From Candidatus Eiseniibacteriota bacterium (GTDB taxonomy: Bacteria > Eisenbacteria > RBG-16-71-46 > CAIMUX01 > VGJL01), in NCBI GenBank assembly GCA_041946735.1, contig JBHGAY010000009.1, forward strand, positions 32,001-96,000: a stretch of 64,000 bases of DNA. Direction: 5' to 3'. Shown here in pieces: positions 38,030 to 46,391 of this stretch (the stretch's first letter is position 1; each line of letters begins with the position of its first letter). The notes under the pieces are model-generated. The model was not told the DNA's origin and ran no database searches. It saw only the letters and a program-made list of their open reading frames with translations. Position numbers and translations under genes: made by a program.

Positions 38030-38806
38030 TCACTGGACGTCGAACGCGGTCAGCACGCTCGTCGTCGTCGAGACGTCCTCCGCCTGGCCCGTCATCTGCA
38101 CGCGCAGCTCCGTCTCGTCCTTCACGATCCCGACTCCATCCTTGACGTAGAGCGTCTGGGTGGTCGTGCTCGAGGAAGTGCCGGTGAGCGGCGGCAGGAA
38201 GGTCAAGGTCATCGTCTGGATCAGCTGCCCCTTGTACACGTCGTCGTAGTTGCCCGCCGGCACCTGGACGTTGTCGATACGTCCGAGGCTCTTGCCGCTG
38301 TAGTGAATCTCGACCGAGAAGCCGTCGGAGGGGAACTGCTCGGAGTAATCCAGGATCGTCCAGGTCGATCCGCTGTTCGCCGCGAAGTCGGCCGCTTCCC
38401 AGGGCAGACTGTTCGCGATCGCCTCGCCCATCGACGAGGGAAGCTCCGAGACGTCGACATTCAGATGGAGTAGAAGCTGTTGCGCGCTCTGGCGGACGAA
38501 GGACGTGTCCGGATCGCCGCCGGCGTCGTCGCTCGCTTCCAGCGCATAGTAGGGCTGCCCGTCGATCGTGGCGGTGCCGATGATCGTGTCGGTGCGGTTG
38601 TAGGCCGGCGCGCTCTTGCCGGTGCCCGTTTCGGTGACGCTGTAGGTCCACCCGTTTCCGACCTTCAGCGGGAAGGTGATGCTGCCGCCTCCATTGCCGT
38701 CGCCGTCGGGATTCGTCCCGTTGTCGTCGTCGCCGCATGCGAGTGTGAAGACAATCGCAAGCGCAAGCAGCCAGGGGGCGCGTCGCATCCAGTGCTGGAT
38801 CCTCAT
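38030..38806 (-). CDS. Lipoprotein of unknown function (beta-rich)
   Basis: GGAGG RBS, lipobox TLA-C followed by GDDDNG, FPLKVGNGWTY, VQVPAGNY and YVKDGVGIVK. Confidence 0.82.
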   Translation of the reverse strand: MRIQHWMRRAPWLLALAIVFTLACGDDDNGTNPDGDGNGGGSITFPLKVGNGWTYSVTETGTGKSAPAYNRTDTIIGTATIDGQPYYALEASDDAGGDPDTSFVRQSAQQLLLHLNVDVSELPSSMGEAIANSLPWEAADFAANSGSTWTILDYSEQFPSDGFSVEIHYSGKSLGRIDNVQVPAGNYDDVYKGQLIQTMTLTFLPPLTGTSSSTTTQTLYVKDGVGIVKDETELRVQMTGQAEDVSTTTSVLTAFDVQ

Positions 38807-39492
38807 CTCGTTCCTCCATCTTCCTGGGATCGTTCCGGTCTTTCGCTTGTGTTTTTGCTTTTGCTCTTGCCGAGCAGGACGCGAAGCGGCGCCCCGTCAG
38901 ACGTCTGCAGCTTGATGGGCAAGGACCACATAGTGTATCGGGACGCCTTCACTGCCGCCAGATGAAGATTCTCGACGATCAGGGTGCCGGCGCGCAGAAG
39001 GATCCGATGGGCATCCAGTCGTTCGCCGGGGGGATCGATCGAGAGCGCGTCGGTGCCGACCAACGCCGCTCGCCCGGCAAGCCAGGCGGCCGCGTCCGCG
39101 TCCAAGCCCGACCAGACCGACGACCCGCGCGGGTCCGTCCGGAGAAGAAGCCTCGAGGGCGGGCGACGCGCGCCGCCGAGGGCGTGGCGGAGAAGGTCCA
39201 GCGGGATCGCCTTGCCGCAAAGGCCCGGAAGATGGATCACGACGGCCGGCCCGTTCAGCGCGCCCAGGATCTCGCGGTCGGTAGGCCGGCGGCCGGCGGG
39301 CAGGACGTGGCGCGGGAGGTCGAGGTGCGTCCCGGTGTGCGTCGTGAGGGACAGGTAGACGATCTGCGTGCCGTCGCGCCTCTCGGTCGCGAGCACGGGC
39401 GGCGGGTCTCCCGGGTAGATGGGAAGCCCGGGGCCGATCGGACGCGTGACGTCGATCCAACCGGCGGCCTGCGAGGAGCGTCGCATCGGCAT
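38803..39492 (-). CDS. Cyclase family (kynurenine formamidase-like) metal hydrolase
   Basis: PIYPGDP, HTGTHLDLPRH, VGTDALSID, IVENL and DGAPLR. Confidence 0.85.
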   Translation of the reverse strand: MPMRRSSQAAGWIDVTRPIGPGLPIYPGDPPPVLATERRDGTQIVYLSLTTHTGTHLDLPRHVLPAGRRPTDREILGALNGPAVVIHLPGLCGKAIPLDLLRHALGGARRPPSRLLLRTDPRGSSVWSGLDADAAAWLAGRAALVGTDALSIDPPGERLDAHRILLRAGTLIVENLHLAAVKASRYTMWSLPIKLQTSDGAPLRVLLGKSKSKNTSERPERSQEDGGTR

Positions 39493-41474
39493 CAAGGCAC
39501 CTCCGGCGAGGGGATCGGGATCGCATCGAAGCGCGCGAGCGCCGAGCGCCAGCGCTCCGCTTCGTCCTTGCGGCCGAACTCCTCGAGAAAAGCGATCCGG
39601 GAGCGGGCCAGGCTTTCGGGAATGCGCCAGGCCCGCGCACGGACCGGTTCGCGAACGAAGCGGGCCTGCAGGGCCCAGATCCCGGCATCGAGCGGATCGA
39701 CGGGCGGCGCGGCCTGCGCCGAGGGGAGCAGGCGGACCGCCATCGCCTCCGGAATCCCCCACCATCCCTCGTAGAAGCTCGGCTCGACCTCGGGAGTCTG
39801 ATAGATCGGCCGCTCGGACCGGTGCGCGGAGGAGATCCCGGCGATCACGGCGCGGTAGCGCTCCTCGATTTTCCGCGGATCGTACGGCTCGCCGGCCTCG
39901 AAGAGGCGAAGCTGCTCGAGAAAGCCCTTCACGCGGCTCTCGATCGGAGCGAGGAGCGAGGGGTCGATCCGCTCGAGCTCCGTGAAGTACCACGATCGGC
40001 GCAGGAGCTCCGGGTCGACGATCGTGACGTCCGGCCGCTTCCCCTCCACCCTCTGCACATAGAGCAGGGGCGAGACGACCATGTCCCAGTGCGACGACAG
40101 AAGGATCGTGCGAGGCGGGAGCTGGTCGAGAAGGCTCTCCGCGTAGAAGCGGACGAAGCGATCCTGGCGGCGGTCGAGAGCCGACCAGCGAAGTCCGAAG
40201 AGCAGGAGGGCGGCTACGGCCGGCAGGAAGACCCAAACCCGGGCGGCCCGGCGCTGCCAGGACGGCTTGCTTTGCCGCGGCGCCGTCCGAGCGGCCGCGC
40301 GAGCGGCGGAGACCGCGGTGTCCGTGAGGACCGCGGAACCCGCGAGGACCGCAGAGGGCGCGGAACCGGGGAGCAGGATCGTGGCGCCGGCTGCCGCGAG
40401 GCACAGGAGGGCGAGGCGCGCGACCATGTAGTAGGGCTCGATGTCGTGGATCGCGTAGCCCGATGCCCATGCGGTCCCGACCAGGAAGGCGAGACCGAAG
40501 CGCGCGAGGCTCGGACGGTCGCGCCGCGCGAGCGCGAAGACGCCGGCCGCCGCGGCGAGCAGCACAGGGATCGACAGCGGCGAGGCGATTTCCGAGACGA
40601 AGCCGGAGAGGTTCGTCCAGAAGTCGGAAGCCGAGGCGAAGAGCCAGACCCGATACTGCGCCCCCCCGACGTGCCGCAACAGCCGCGTCACCGTGACCGG
40701 ATCCCCCCAATCGAGCAGAGGGCGTTGGTGCGAGCGGATCGGCAGGTAGAGATAGAGGGTCAAGGGGAACAGCAGGGCAGCGCCGGCGGCAAGGAACCCT
40801 CCTGTCGAGTCGAGGCCCGCGAAGACGAGGCGGCCGGAGCGCTTGCGACGCGCCGCATCGAGGATTGCGCCGGCGGCGAGGCCCGGAACGAGGAACAGGA
40901 TCGAAAGGTGGTTCGTCAGCGCGAGTCCGAGCATATAGGCGGAGAGCAGGATTCCGCGCCCCCCCGCCCGGATCGCGCGCGAGGCGAGCCAGAGCGTCGC
41001 CGCGGCGAAGGCGGCCTGCAGCGCGTGCACCTCGTTGCCGATCGCCTGCTCCCAGAGGGCCGGGTGTGCGCCCCACAGCCAGGCGGCGCCCAACGCGAGG
41101 ACGGAGGAGGCCCAGGGCGGCGCGTCGGGGCGCGAACGCCGCACGATCTCGCGGACGAGCAGGAAGACGAAGAGCGCCGAAGCCGCCGCGAGGACGGCGC
41201 TCAGCAGGTTCAGGCGCTCGATCGGCGAGTGTCCCGGCAGCAGCAGGACCGCGATCCGCCCGAGTAGCGTGTAGAGCGGATAGCCGGTCGGGTGGGCGAT
41301 CCCCAGGGTTGCGGCAACGGCGGCCAGCTCTCCGGAGTCGATCGACCCGAGATCGGGAGCCAGGGTCGCCGCGTAGACGGCGAGCGGCACAGCGGCGGCC
41401 GCGGCCGCGGCCGCTGCGGCGGCGGTGAAGGCGCGAGGCGCGGCCGGCGCCGTCTCAGTCGATCGGATCCTCAA
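39492..41474 (-). CDS. DUF2723/TMEM260-like GT-C membrane protein (putative protein O-mannosyltransferase)
   Basis: DSGEL..A.TLGIAHPTGYPLY, EVHAL, NH and YLYLPIRS...DWGDP; many TM helices. Start uncertain. Confidence 0.8.
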   Translation of the reverse strand: MRIRSTETAPAAPRAFTAAAAAAAAAAAVPLAVYAATLAPDLGSIDSGELAAVAATLGIAHPTGYPLYTLLGRIAVLLLPGHSPIERLNLLSAVLAAASALFVFLLVREIVRRSRPDAPPWASSVLALGAAWLWGAHPALWEQAIGNEVHALQAAFAAATLWLASRAIRAGGRGILLSAYMLGLALTNHLSILFLVPGLAAGAILDAARRKRSGRLVFAGLDSTGGFLAAGAALLFPLTLYLYLPIRSHQRPLLDWGDPVTVTRLLRHVGGAQYRVWLFASASDFWTNLSGFVSEIASPLSIPVLLAAAAGVFALARRDRPSLARFGLAFLVGTAWASGYAIHDIEPYYMVARLALLCLAAAGATILLPGSAPSAVLAGSAVLTDTAVSAARAAARTAPRQSKPSWQRRAARVWVFLPAVAALLLFGLRWSALDRRQDRFVRFYAESLLDQLPPRTILLSSHWDMVVSPLLYVQRVEGKRPDVTIVDPELLRRSWYFTELERIDPSLLAPIESRVKGFLEQLRLFEAGEPYDPRKIEERYRAVIAGISSAHRSERPIYQTPEVEPSFYEGWWGIPEAMAVRLLPSAQAAPPVDPLDAGIWALQARFVREPVRARAWRIPESLARSRIAFLEEFGRKDEAERWRSALARFDAIPIPSPEVP

Positions 41475-42867
41475 AGCAGGGAAGCGAGGAGAAGGCGAAG
41501 CCTGCTCCGTCGGGATGGAACTCGCCCGTCTCGGGATCCTGCTCGTAGCGACCCGACCAGCGGCGGCCGCAGATCGCGCGCATCCCGTCGAGGAAGCGAT
41601 CGATGTCTTCGTCGTCGTTGTGAAGGCCGATCGAGACACGTACCGCTCCGGGGATCTCGCGCCGGTCGCCGGCGCGGATCGAGTGCTCGAGCCGCTCCTC
41701 CTCTTCGTGCGGGACGCGAAGGAGCTTCTTGATCAGCGGGTGGGCGCAGAAGCAGCCGTGCCGCACCGACACCCCGTGCTCGTAGGCGAGGATCGCCGCG
41801 ACCAGCGCATGGTGCAGGCCGTCGACCGTATAGCTCACGACGCCGAGACGATCCTCCGTCCTCTCCGGATCGCAGCTGCCCAGGATCCGGATCCCGGAAA
41901 GATCGCACAGCCCGGCCAGGAGCCGCCGCGTCAGCCGGTCCTCGTGAGCGGCGACGCGATCCATGCCGTAGGACTCGAGCACCTGGACCGCGCGCGCCAT
42001 CGCCAGCATGCCGAGAATGTTCGGAGTCCCGGCCTCCTGGCGATCGGGAGGGTCGGCCCAGATGACGCTATCGAGCGAGACCGAGTAGACCGTCCCGCCC
42101 CCTTGGAGGTACGGGACGGCGTCGGCGAACGGCTCGCGAAGACCGATCACCGCGCCCTCCCCGTAGGGGCTGTTCATCTTGTGGGCCGAGAAGACGACGA
42201 AGTCGACGCTCTCCGCCGCGCCCGGCTTCCCCATCGAGAAGGCGCGATGAGGAAGGAGCTGCGCCCCGTCCACGACCACCCACGCGCCGTGCGCGTGCGC
42301 CCGAGCGGCGATCTCGTGGACCGGGAGGATCTGCCCCGTCACGTTCGACGCCCCCGTGATCGTCACGACCCGCACGTTCCCCGGCTCTCGGGACAGAGAC
42401 CGCTCCAGCTCCTCGATCTGGAAGCGCCCCTCCGCATCGATCGGGATGTACTCGACCCTCGCCTTCCCGCGCCATGGCAGGTCGTTCGAGTGATGTTCGA
42501 GGATCGTGGTGAGCACGCGCTCCTCGGGCCGCAGAGCGAGCGTGTTCGCGAGGAGGTTCAGCCCCTCGGTCGTGTTGCGGACCGGGATGACGACGTGGCG
42601 GCCGGGATCGCCGCCGACGAAGCGGATCAGGATGTCGCGCGCCTGCTCATAGAGGCGTGTGCAGTAGAGGGAGTCGTACCCCGTGCCTCGATGGATGTTG
42701 GAGTAGTAGGGCTCAACGCGACGCAGCCAGTCGCTGACCGCACGGAAGCTTTTCGTGCTCGCGGCGTTGTCGAGGAACGCCTGCCGCACCATCCGGCCGT
42801 CGAGGAGCGGCACCTGGCGGTGGGAACCAAGGACCTCCGGGGCCGCGCGCGAGGCGACGGACTGCAT
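41455..42867 (-). CDS. Class V PLP aminotransferase, cysteine desulfurase (SufS)-like
   Basis: LDNAAST, EHHSNDLPW, ASNVTG, VDGAQ, SAHKM, EAGTPN and RHGCFCAHP. Confidence 0.9.
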   Translation of the reverse strand: MQSVASRAAPEVLGSHRQVPLLDGRMVRQAFLDNAASTKSFRAVSDWLRRVEPYYSNIHRGTGYDSLYCTRLYEQARDILIRFVGGDPGRHVVIPVRNTTEGLNLLANTLALRPEERVLTTILEHHSNDLPWRGKARVEYIPIDAEGRFQIEELERSLSREPGNVRVVTITGASNVTGQILPVHEIAARAHAHGAWVVVDGAQLLPHRAFSMGKPGAAESVDFVVFSAHKMNSPYGEGAVIGLREPFADAVPYLQGGGTVYSVSLDSVIWADPPDRQEAGTPNILGMLAMARAVQVLESYGMDRVAAHEDRLTRRLLAGLCDLSGIRILGSCDPERTEDRLGVVSYTVDGLHHALVAAILAYEHGVSVRHGCFCAHPLIKKLLRVPHEEEERLEHSIRAGDRREIPGAVRVSIGLHNDDEDIDRFLDGMRAICGRRWSGRYEQDPETGEFHPDGAGFAFSSLPCFEDPID

Positions 42868-43195
42868 GCCTGACCCTCCCTTGGAGCAGGGAGCGGCCCT
42901 CTCCCTCCCTCCTCTGCGTTGCGGTTTTCTACACTCCACTTCCTTCGCTCGGCTCGGCCCGGCTCGGCGGGGCTCGGCTGCGCCGCGGCTCCATCGACAG
43001 CCGGTCGTCCGGCCGTCCCTCCACAGCGGTGCCGCCAAGGCGTCGCGGCGCGCAAAGCCGTCCGGAACTCTAGCACGCGCGCCTCGACCACTCGCCCGGG
43101 AATCGCGGGGTGCGGAGCAGGCCGCGCTTCGCGACCGCCGGCGACCGTCGGCGACCTCCGGCAAGCGCGAAGGCCGCTCCGAGCGGCCGGCTGCG

Positions 43196-43225
43196 TTGAC
43201 ACCCCCGCGAAACGTCGCCTATGGT
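43196..43225 (+). promoter_or_regulatory. Putative sigma70 promoter
   Basis: TTGACA-N18-TATGGT in the divergent intergenic region upstream of ATG 43341. Confidence 0.55.
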
Positions 43226-43340
43226 ACGGACACCCGGCTCGGCCCGTTTCGCGCGATCGCGCGAACGATCGGCAGTCGATGGAGCCGCGGCGCGCTCGAG
43301 GCTACCAACCCACGCCCTCAGGCGTCAGAGAAAGCGAGCC

Positions 43341-44423
43341 ATGAAGCAGGGAAGGCATGTTCACGTCGTCGGCACGGGGACGATCGGCGAGCCGCTGATC
43401 GGACTGCTTTCGGACTTCCGGCAGGATTTCGGGATCGACACGGTGAGTTTCCACAAGCGGACGCCGCTGACGACCGAACGCGCCAAGGTGAAGAACCTGC
43501 TCGATCGCGGCGCGCTCCTTTGCACCGATCCGCAATCGATCCCCAAGTTCGAGGACCAGGGCCTGAAGGTCTCCTGGGACGCCGAGGAAGCGATCGCCCG
43601 CGCTTCGGTGGTGATCGATTGCACGCCGAGCGGCGTGGGGCAGGCGAACAAGCAGCAGTACTACGACCGCCACAAGGACACGACGATCGGATTCGTCGCC
43701 CAGGGGAGCGAGTTCGGGTTCGGCAAGATGTACGCGCGCGGCGTCAACGACCGGGCGCTGAAGCATGGCGAGGACCAGTTCGTCCAGGTGGTCAGCTGCA
43801 ACACCCACAACGTCGCGGTCCTGCTGAACACGATCGCCCTCTCCGACGACCGCCCGGAGAATCTGATCGAGGGAAAGTTCCTGCTGATGCGGCGCTCGAG
43901 CGACATCAGCCAGGACGAGGACTTCATTCCCGCCCCGAAAGTCGGCAAGCACGATGACCCGGTGTTCGGGACGCACCACGCGCGCGACGCCTACCACCTG
44001 TTCCAGACGCTCGGCTACAAGCTGAACATCTTCTCCTCGGCCATCAAGCTCCCGACGCAGTACATGCACTGCCTCTGGTTCAACATCAAGCTGGGCGAGC
44101 GCGTGACCTTGAACCAGGTGATCCAGCGGCTCCAGGACAACCCGCGAATCGCGCTGACCGAGAAGAGGTCGGCGAACCAGATCTTCTCCTTCGGGCGCGA
44201 CCACGGCCATTACGGGCGCATCTTGAGCCAGACGGTCGTCGTCGTGCCGACGCTGCAGGTGCTCGAGCGGGATGGCGAGACCGAGATCATCGGTTTCTCC
44301 TACACGCCGCAGGACGGCAACCCGCTTCTGAGCAGCGTCGCCGTCGCGTCCTGGTTCCTCTATCCCGAGGAGTACGAGAAGCGCCTGAAGTGCCTGAGGC
44401 CGTTCCTGTTCCAGGAGGTCTAG
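43341..44423 (+). CDS. Archaeal-type (class II) glyceraldehyde-3-phosphate dehydrogenase-like protein
   Basis: VGTGTIG, VIDCTPSGVG..NK, QGSE, VVSCNTH, GTHHARD and PTQYMH. Confidence 0.7.
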   Translation: MKQGRHVHVVGTGTIGEPLIGLLSDFRQDFGIDTVSFHKRTPLTTERAKVKNLLDRGALLCTDPQSIPKFEDQGLKVSWDAEEAIARASVVIDCTPSGVGQANKQQYYDRHKDTTIGFVAQGSEFGFGKMYARGVNDRALKHGEDQFVQVVSCNTHNVAVLLNTIALSDDRPENLIEGKFLLMRRSSDISQDEDFIPAPKVGKHDDPVFGTHHARDAYHLFQTLGYKLNIFSSAIKLPTQYMHCLWFNIKLGERVTLNQVIQRLQDNPRIALTEKRSANQIFSFGRDHGHYGRILSQTVVVVPTLQVLERDGETEIIGFSYTPQDGNPLLSSVAVASWFLYPEEYEKRLKCLRPFLFQEV

Positions 44424-44426
44424 AAC

Positions 44427-46391
44427 ATCGCCGGATCGGAGGCTGTCGCGGGAGGCCGCCGCCGCCCCGTCGGGGCGGAGCTTACCCCGGAAGGGGGCGC
44501 GGACCTGCGCGTGTGGGCGCCGCGCTCCTCCCGCGTAGAGGTCGTCCTCGAGGATCGCGACGGCTCGATCCGCTCGACCCATCTGCTCGATCCCGACGGC
44601 GACGGCTACTTCCGGGCGCGCGTCGCCGAAGCCGCCGCCGGCGACCGCTACCGTTTCCGCCTCGACGGCTCCGAGGAGCGCATCCCCGACCTCGCCTCGC
44701 GCTTCCAGCCGGACGGTCCTTTCGGTCCGAGCGAGCTGATCGATCCCGGGGCGTTCGAATGGACCGACGGCGCGTGGGAAGGGATCCCGCGGGAGCGGGT
44801 CGTCCTCTACGAGATGCACGTCGGGGCATTCACTCCGGAGGGGACCTGGGAAGCGGCGGCGCGCGAGCTGCCGGAGCTTGCGAGGACCGGAATCACCACG
44901 ATCGAGGTGATGCCGGTCGCCGATTTCGCGGGACGGTTCGGCTGGGGATACGACGGCGTCTGTCCGTATGCGCCGACGCGCCTCTACGGGACTCCGGATC
45001 AGTTCCGCTCGTTCGTCAATCGCGCGCACACGCTCGGCATCGGCGTGATCCTCGACGTCGTCTACAACCATCTCGGTCTGGAGGGCTCGTTCTTCCGCCG
45101 CTTCACCGACGACTACTTTTCCGACCGGCACAAGAGCGAATGGGGCGACCCGCTGAACTTCGACGGACCGCGGTCGGGCCCGGTGCGCGAGTTCTTCATC
45201 GAGAACGCCGGCTATTGGATCGAGGAGTTCCATCTCGACGGGCTGCGCCTCGACGCCACCCAGCAGATCTTCGACCTCTCCGAGGTGCACATCCTGTCCG
45301 AGATCGCGCGCGAAGCGCGCCGGGCCGCCGGGACGCGGAAGATCCTGCTCGTGGCGGAGAACGAGCCTCAGCATTCCCGCCTGGTCCGCTCGGCGGAAGC
45401 GGGCGGGCACGGACTGGACGCGCTGTGGAACGACGACTTCCACCACAGCGCGATGGTCGCGATGACGGGACGGCGCGAGGCCTACTACAGCGACTATCGC
45501 GGCCGGCCGCAGGAGCTGATCTCCACGATCAAGCGCGGTTTCCTCTATCAGGGACAGTGGTACTCCTGGCAGAAGAAGGGACGCGGATCTCCCGCCTTCG
45601 ACCTTCCGCCGCAGGCGTTCGTGCACTTCCTGCAGAATCACGACCAGGTCGCGAACACCGGCCGCGGGCTGCGCATGCAGCAGCGGACGTCGCTCGGACG
45701 GGCGAGGGCGATGACCGCCCTGCTGCTCCTCGCCCCTCAGATTCCGATGCTCTTCATGGGGCAGGAGTACTTCGCCTCGACTCCCTTCCTCTACTTCGCC
45801 GATCACGAGCGGGAGCTGGCCGCGTCGGTGGCGGCGCAACGCAAGAAGTTCCTCGCGCAGTTCCCGAGCCTGGCGAACCGGGCGGCCGCCGACCGGCTCG
45901 CGGATCCGGCCGAGGAATCGACGTTCCTGCAAAGCAAGCTCGATCCGGCGGAGCGCCAGCGCGACATCGAGATCCAGGAGATGCATCGCAACCTGCTGAC
46001 GCTGCGCCGCGACGATGCTGTGTTCTCCGCTCCCCGCGCGGGTGGCGTCGATGGGGCCGTGCTGGGCGAGGAGGCGTTCGTCCTGCGGTTCTTCGGCAGC
46101 GGCGGCGACGACCGCCTGCTCCTCGTGAACCTCGGCATCGATCTCCACCTGCCAAGCTTGCCGGAGCCGCTTCTCGCCCCTCCCGAGGGATGCGACTGGG
46201 AGACGCTCGTGTCGACCGAGGATCCCGCCTACGGCGGAGGGGGATGCCCGGCGATCGTCTCCGAGAAGGGTTGGACGATCCCAGGCCACGCCGCTTTCGT
46301 GATGGTGCCGGTCCGGCCGAGGAGGAGCCCCGGCGAGCCGGCGATCGCACGCGCGCCCGCGTCCTCACAAGGGACGGAAGGGGAACCGTGA
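44427..46391 (+). CDS. treZ: Malto-oligosyltrehalose trehalohydrolase (GH13)
   Basis: RVWAP, YEMHVGAFT, WGYDGV, DVVYNH, GLRLDATQ, WNDDFHH, QNHDQVAN and PMLFMGQE. The first canonical start is GTG 44511, but homology extends upstream (see findings). Confidence 0.9.
   Translation: MAGSEAVAGGRRRPVGAELTPEGGADLRVWAPRSSRVEVVLEDRDGSIRSTHLLDPDGDGYFRARVAEAAAGDRYRFRLDGSEERIPDLASRFQPDGPFGPSELIDPGAFEWTDGAWEGIPRERVVLYEMHVGAFTPEGTWEAAARELPELARTGITTIEVMPVADFAGRFGWGYDGVCPYAPTRLYGTPDQFRSFVNRAHTLGIGVILDVVYNHLGLEGSFFRRFTDDYFSDRHKSEWGDPLNFDGPRSGPVREFFIENAGYWIEEFHLDGLRLDATQQIFDLSEVHILSEIAREARRAAGTRKILLVAENEPQHSRLVRSAEAGGHGLDALWNDDFHHSAMVAMTGRREAYYSDYRGRPQELISTIKRGFLYQGQWYSWQKKGRGSPAFDLPPQAFVHFLQNHDQVANTGRGLRMQQRTSLGRARAMTALLLLAPQIPMLFMGQEYFASTPFLYFADHERELAASVAAQRKKFLAQFPSLANRAAADRLADPAEESTFLQSKLDPAERQRDIEIQEMHRNLLTLRRDDAVFSAPRAGGVDGAVLGEEAFVLRFFGSGGDDRLLLVNLGIDLHLPSLPEPLLAPPEGCDWETLVSTEDPAYGGGGCPAIVSEKGWTIPGHAAFVMVPVRPRRSPGEPAIARAPASSQGTEGEP

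Noticed and set aside
43302..46289. 995-aa minus-strand ORF
   Set aside because: Antisense shadow of the GAPDH-like gene and treZ; its continuity only reflects that those two genes share a frame
44390..46387. Apparent 1360-aa debranching enzyme with a long N-terminal extension
   Set aside because: The first ~666 codons are an Arg/Pro-rich off-frame overlap with treZ; the real gene starts at GTG 46388
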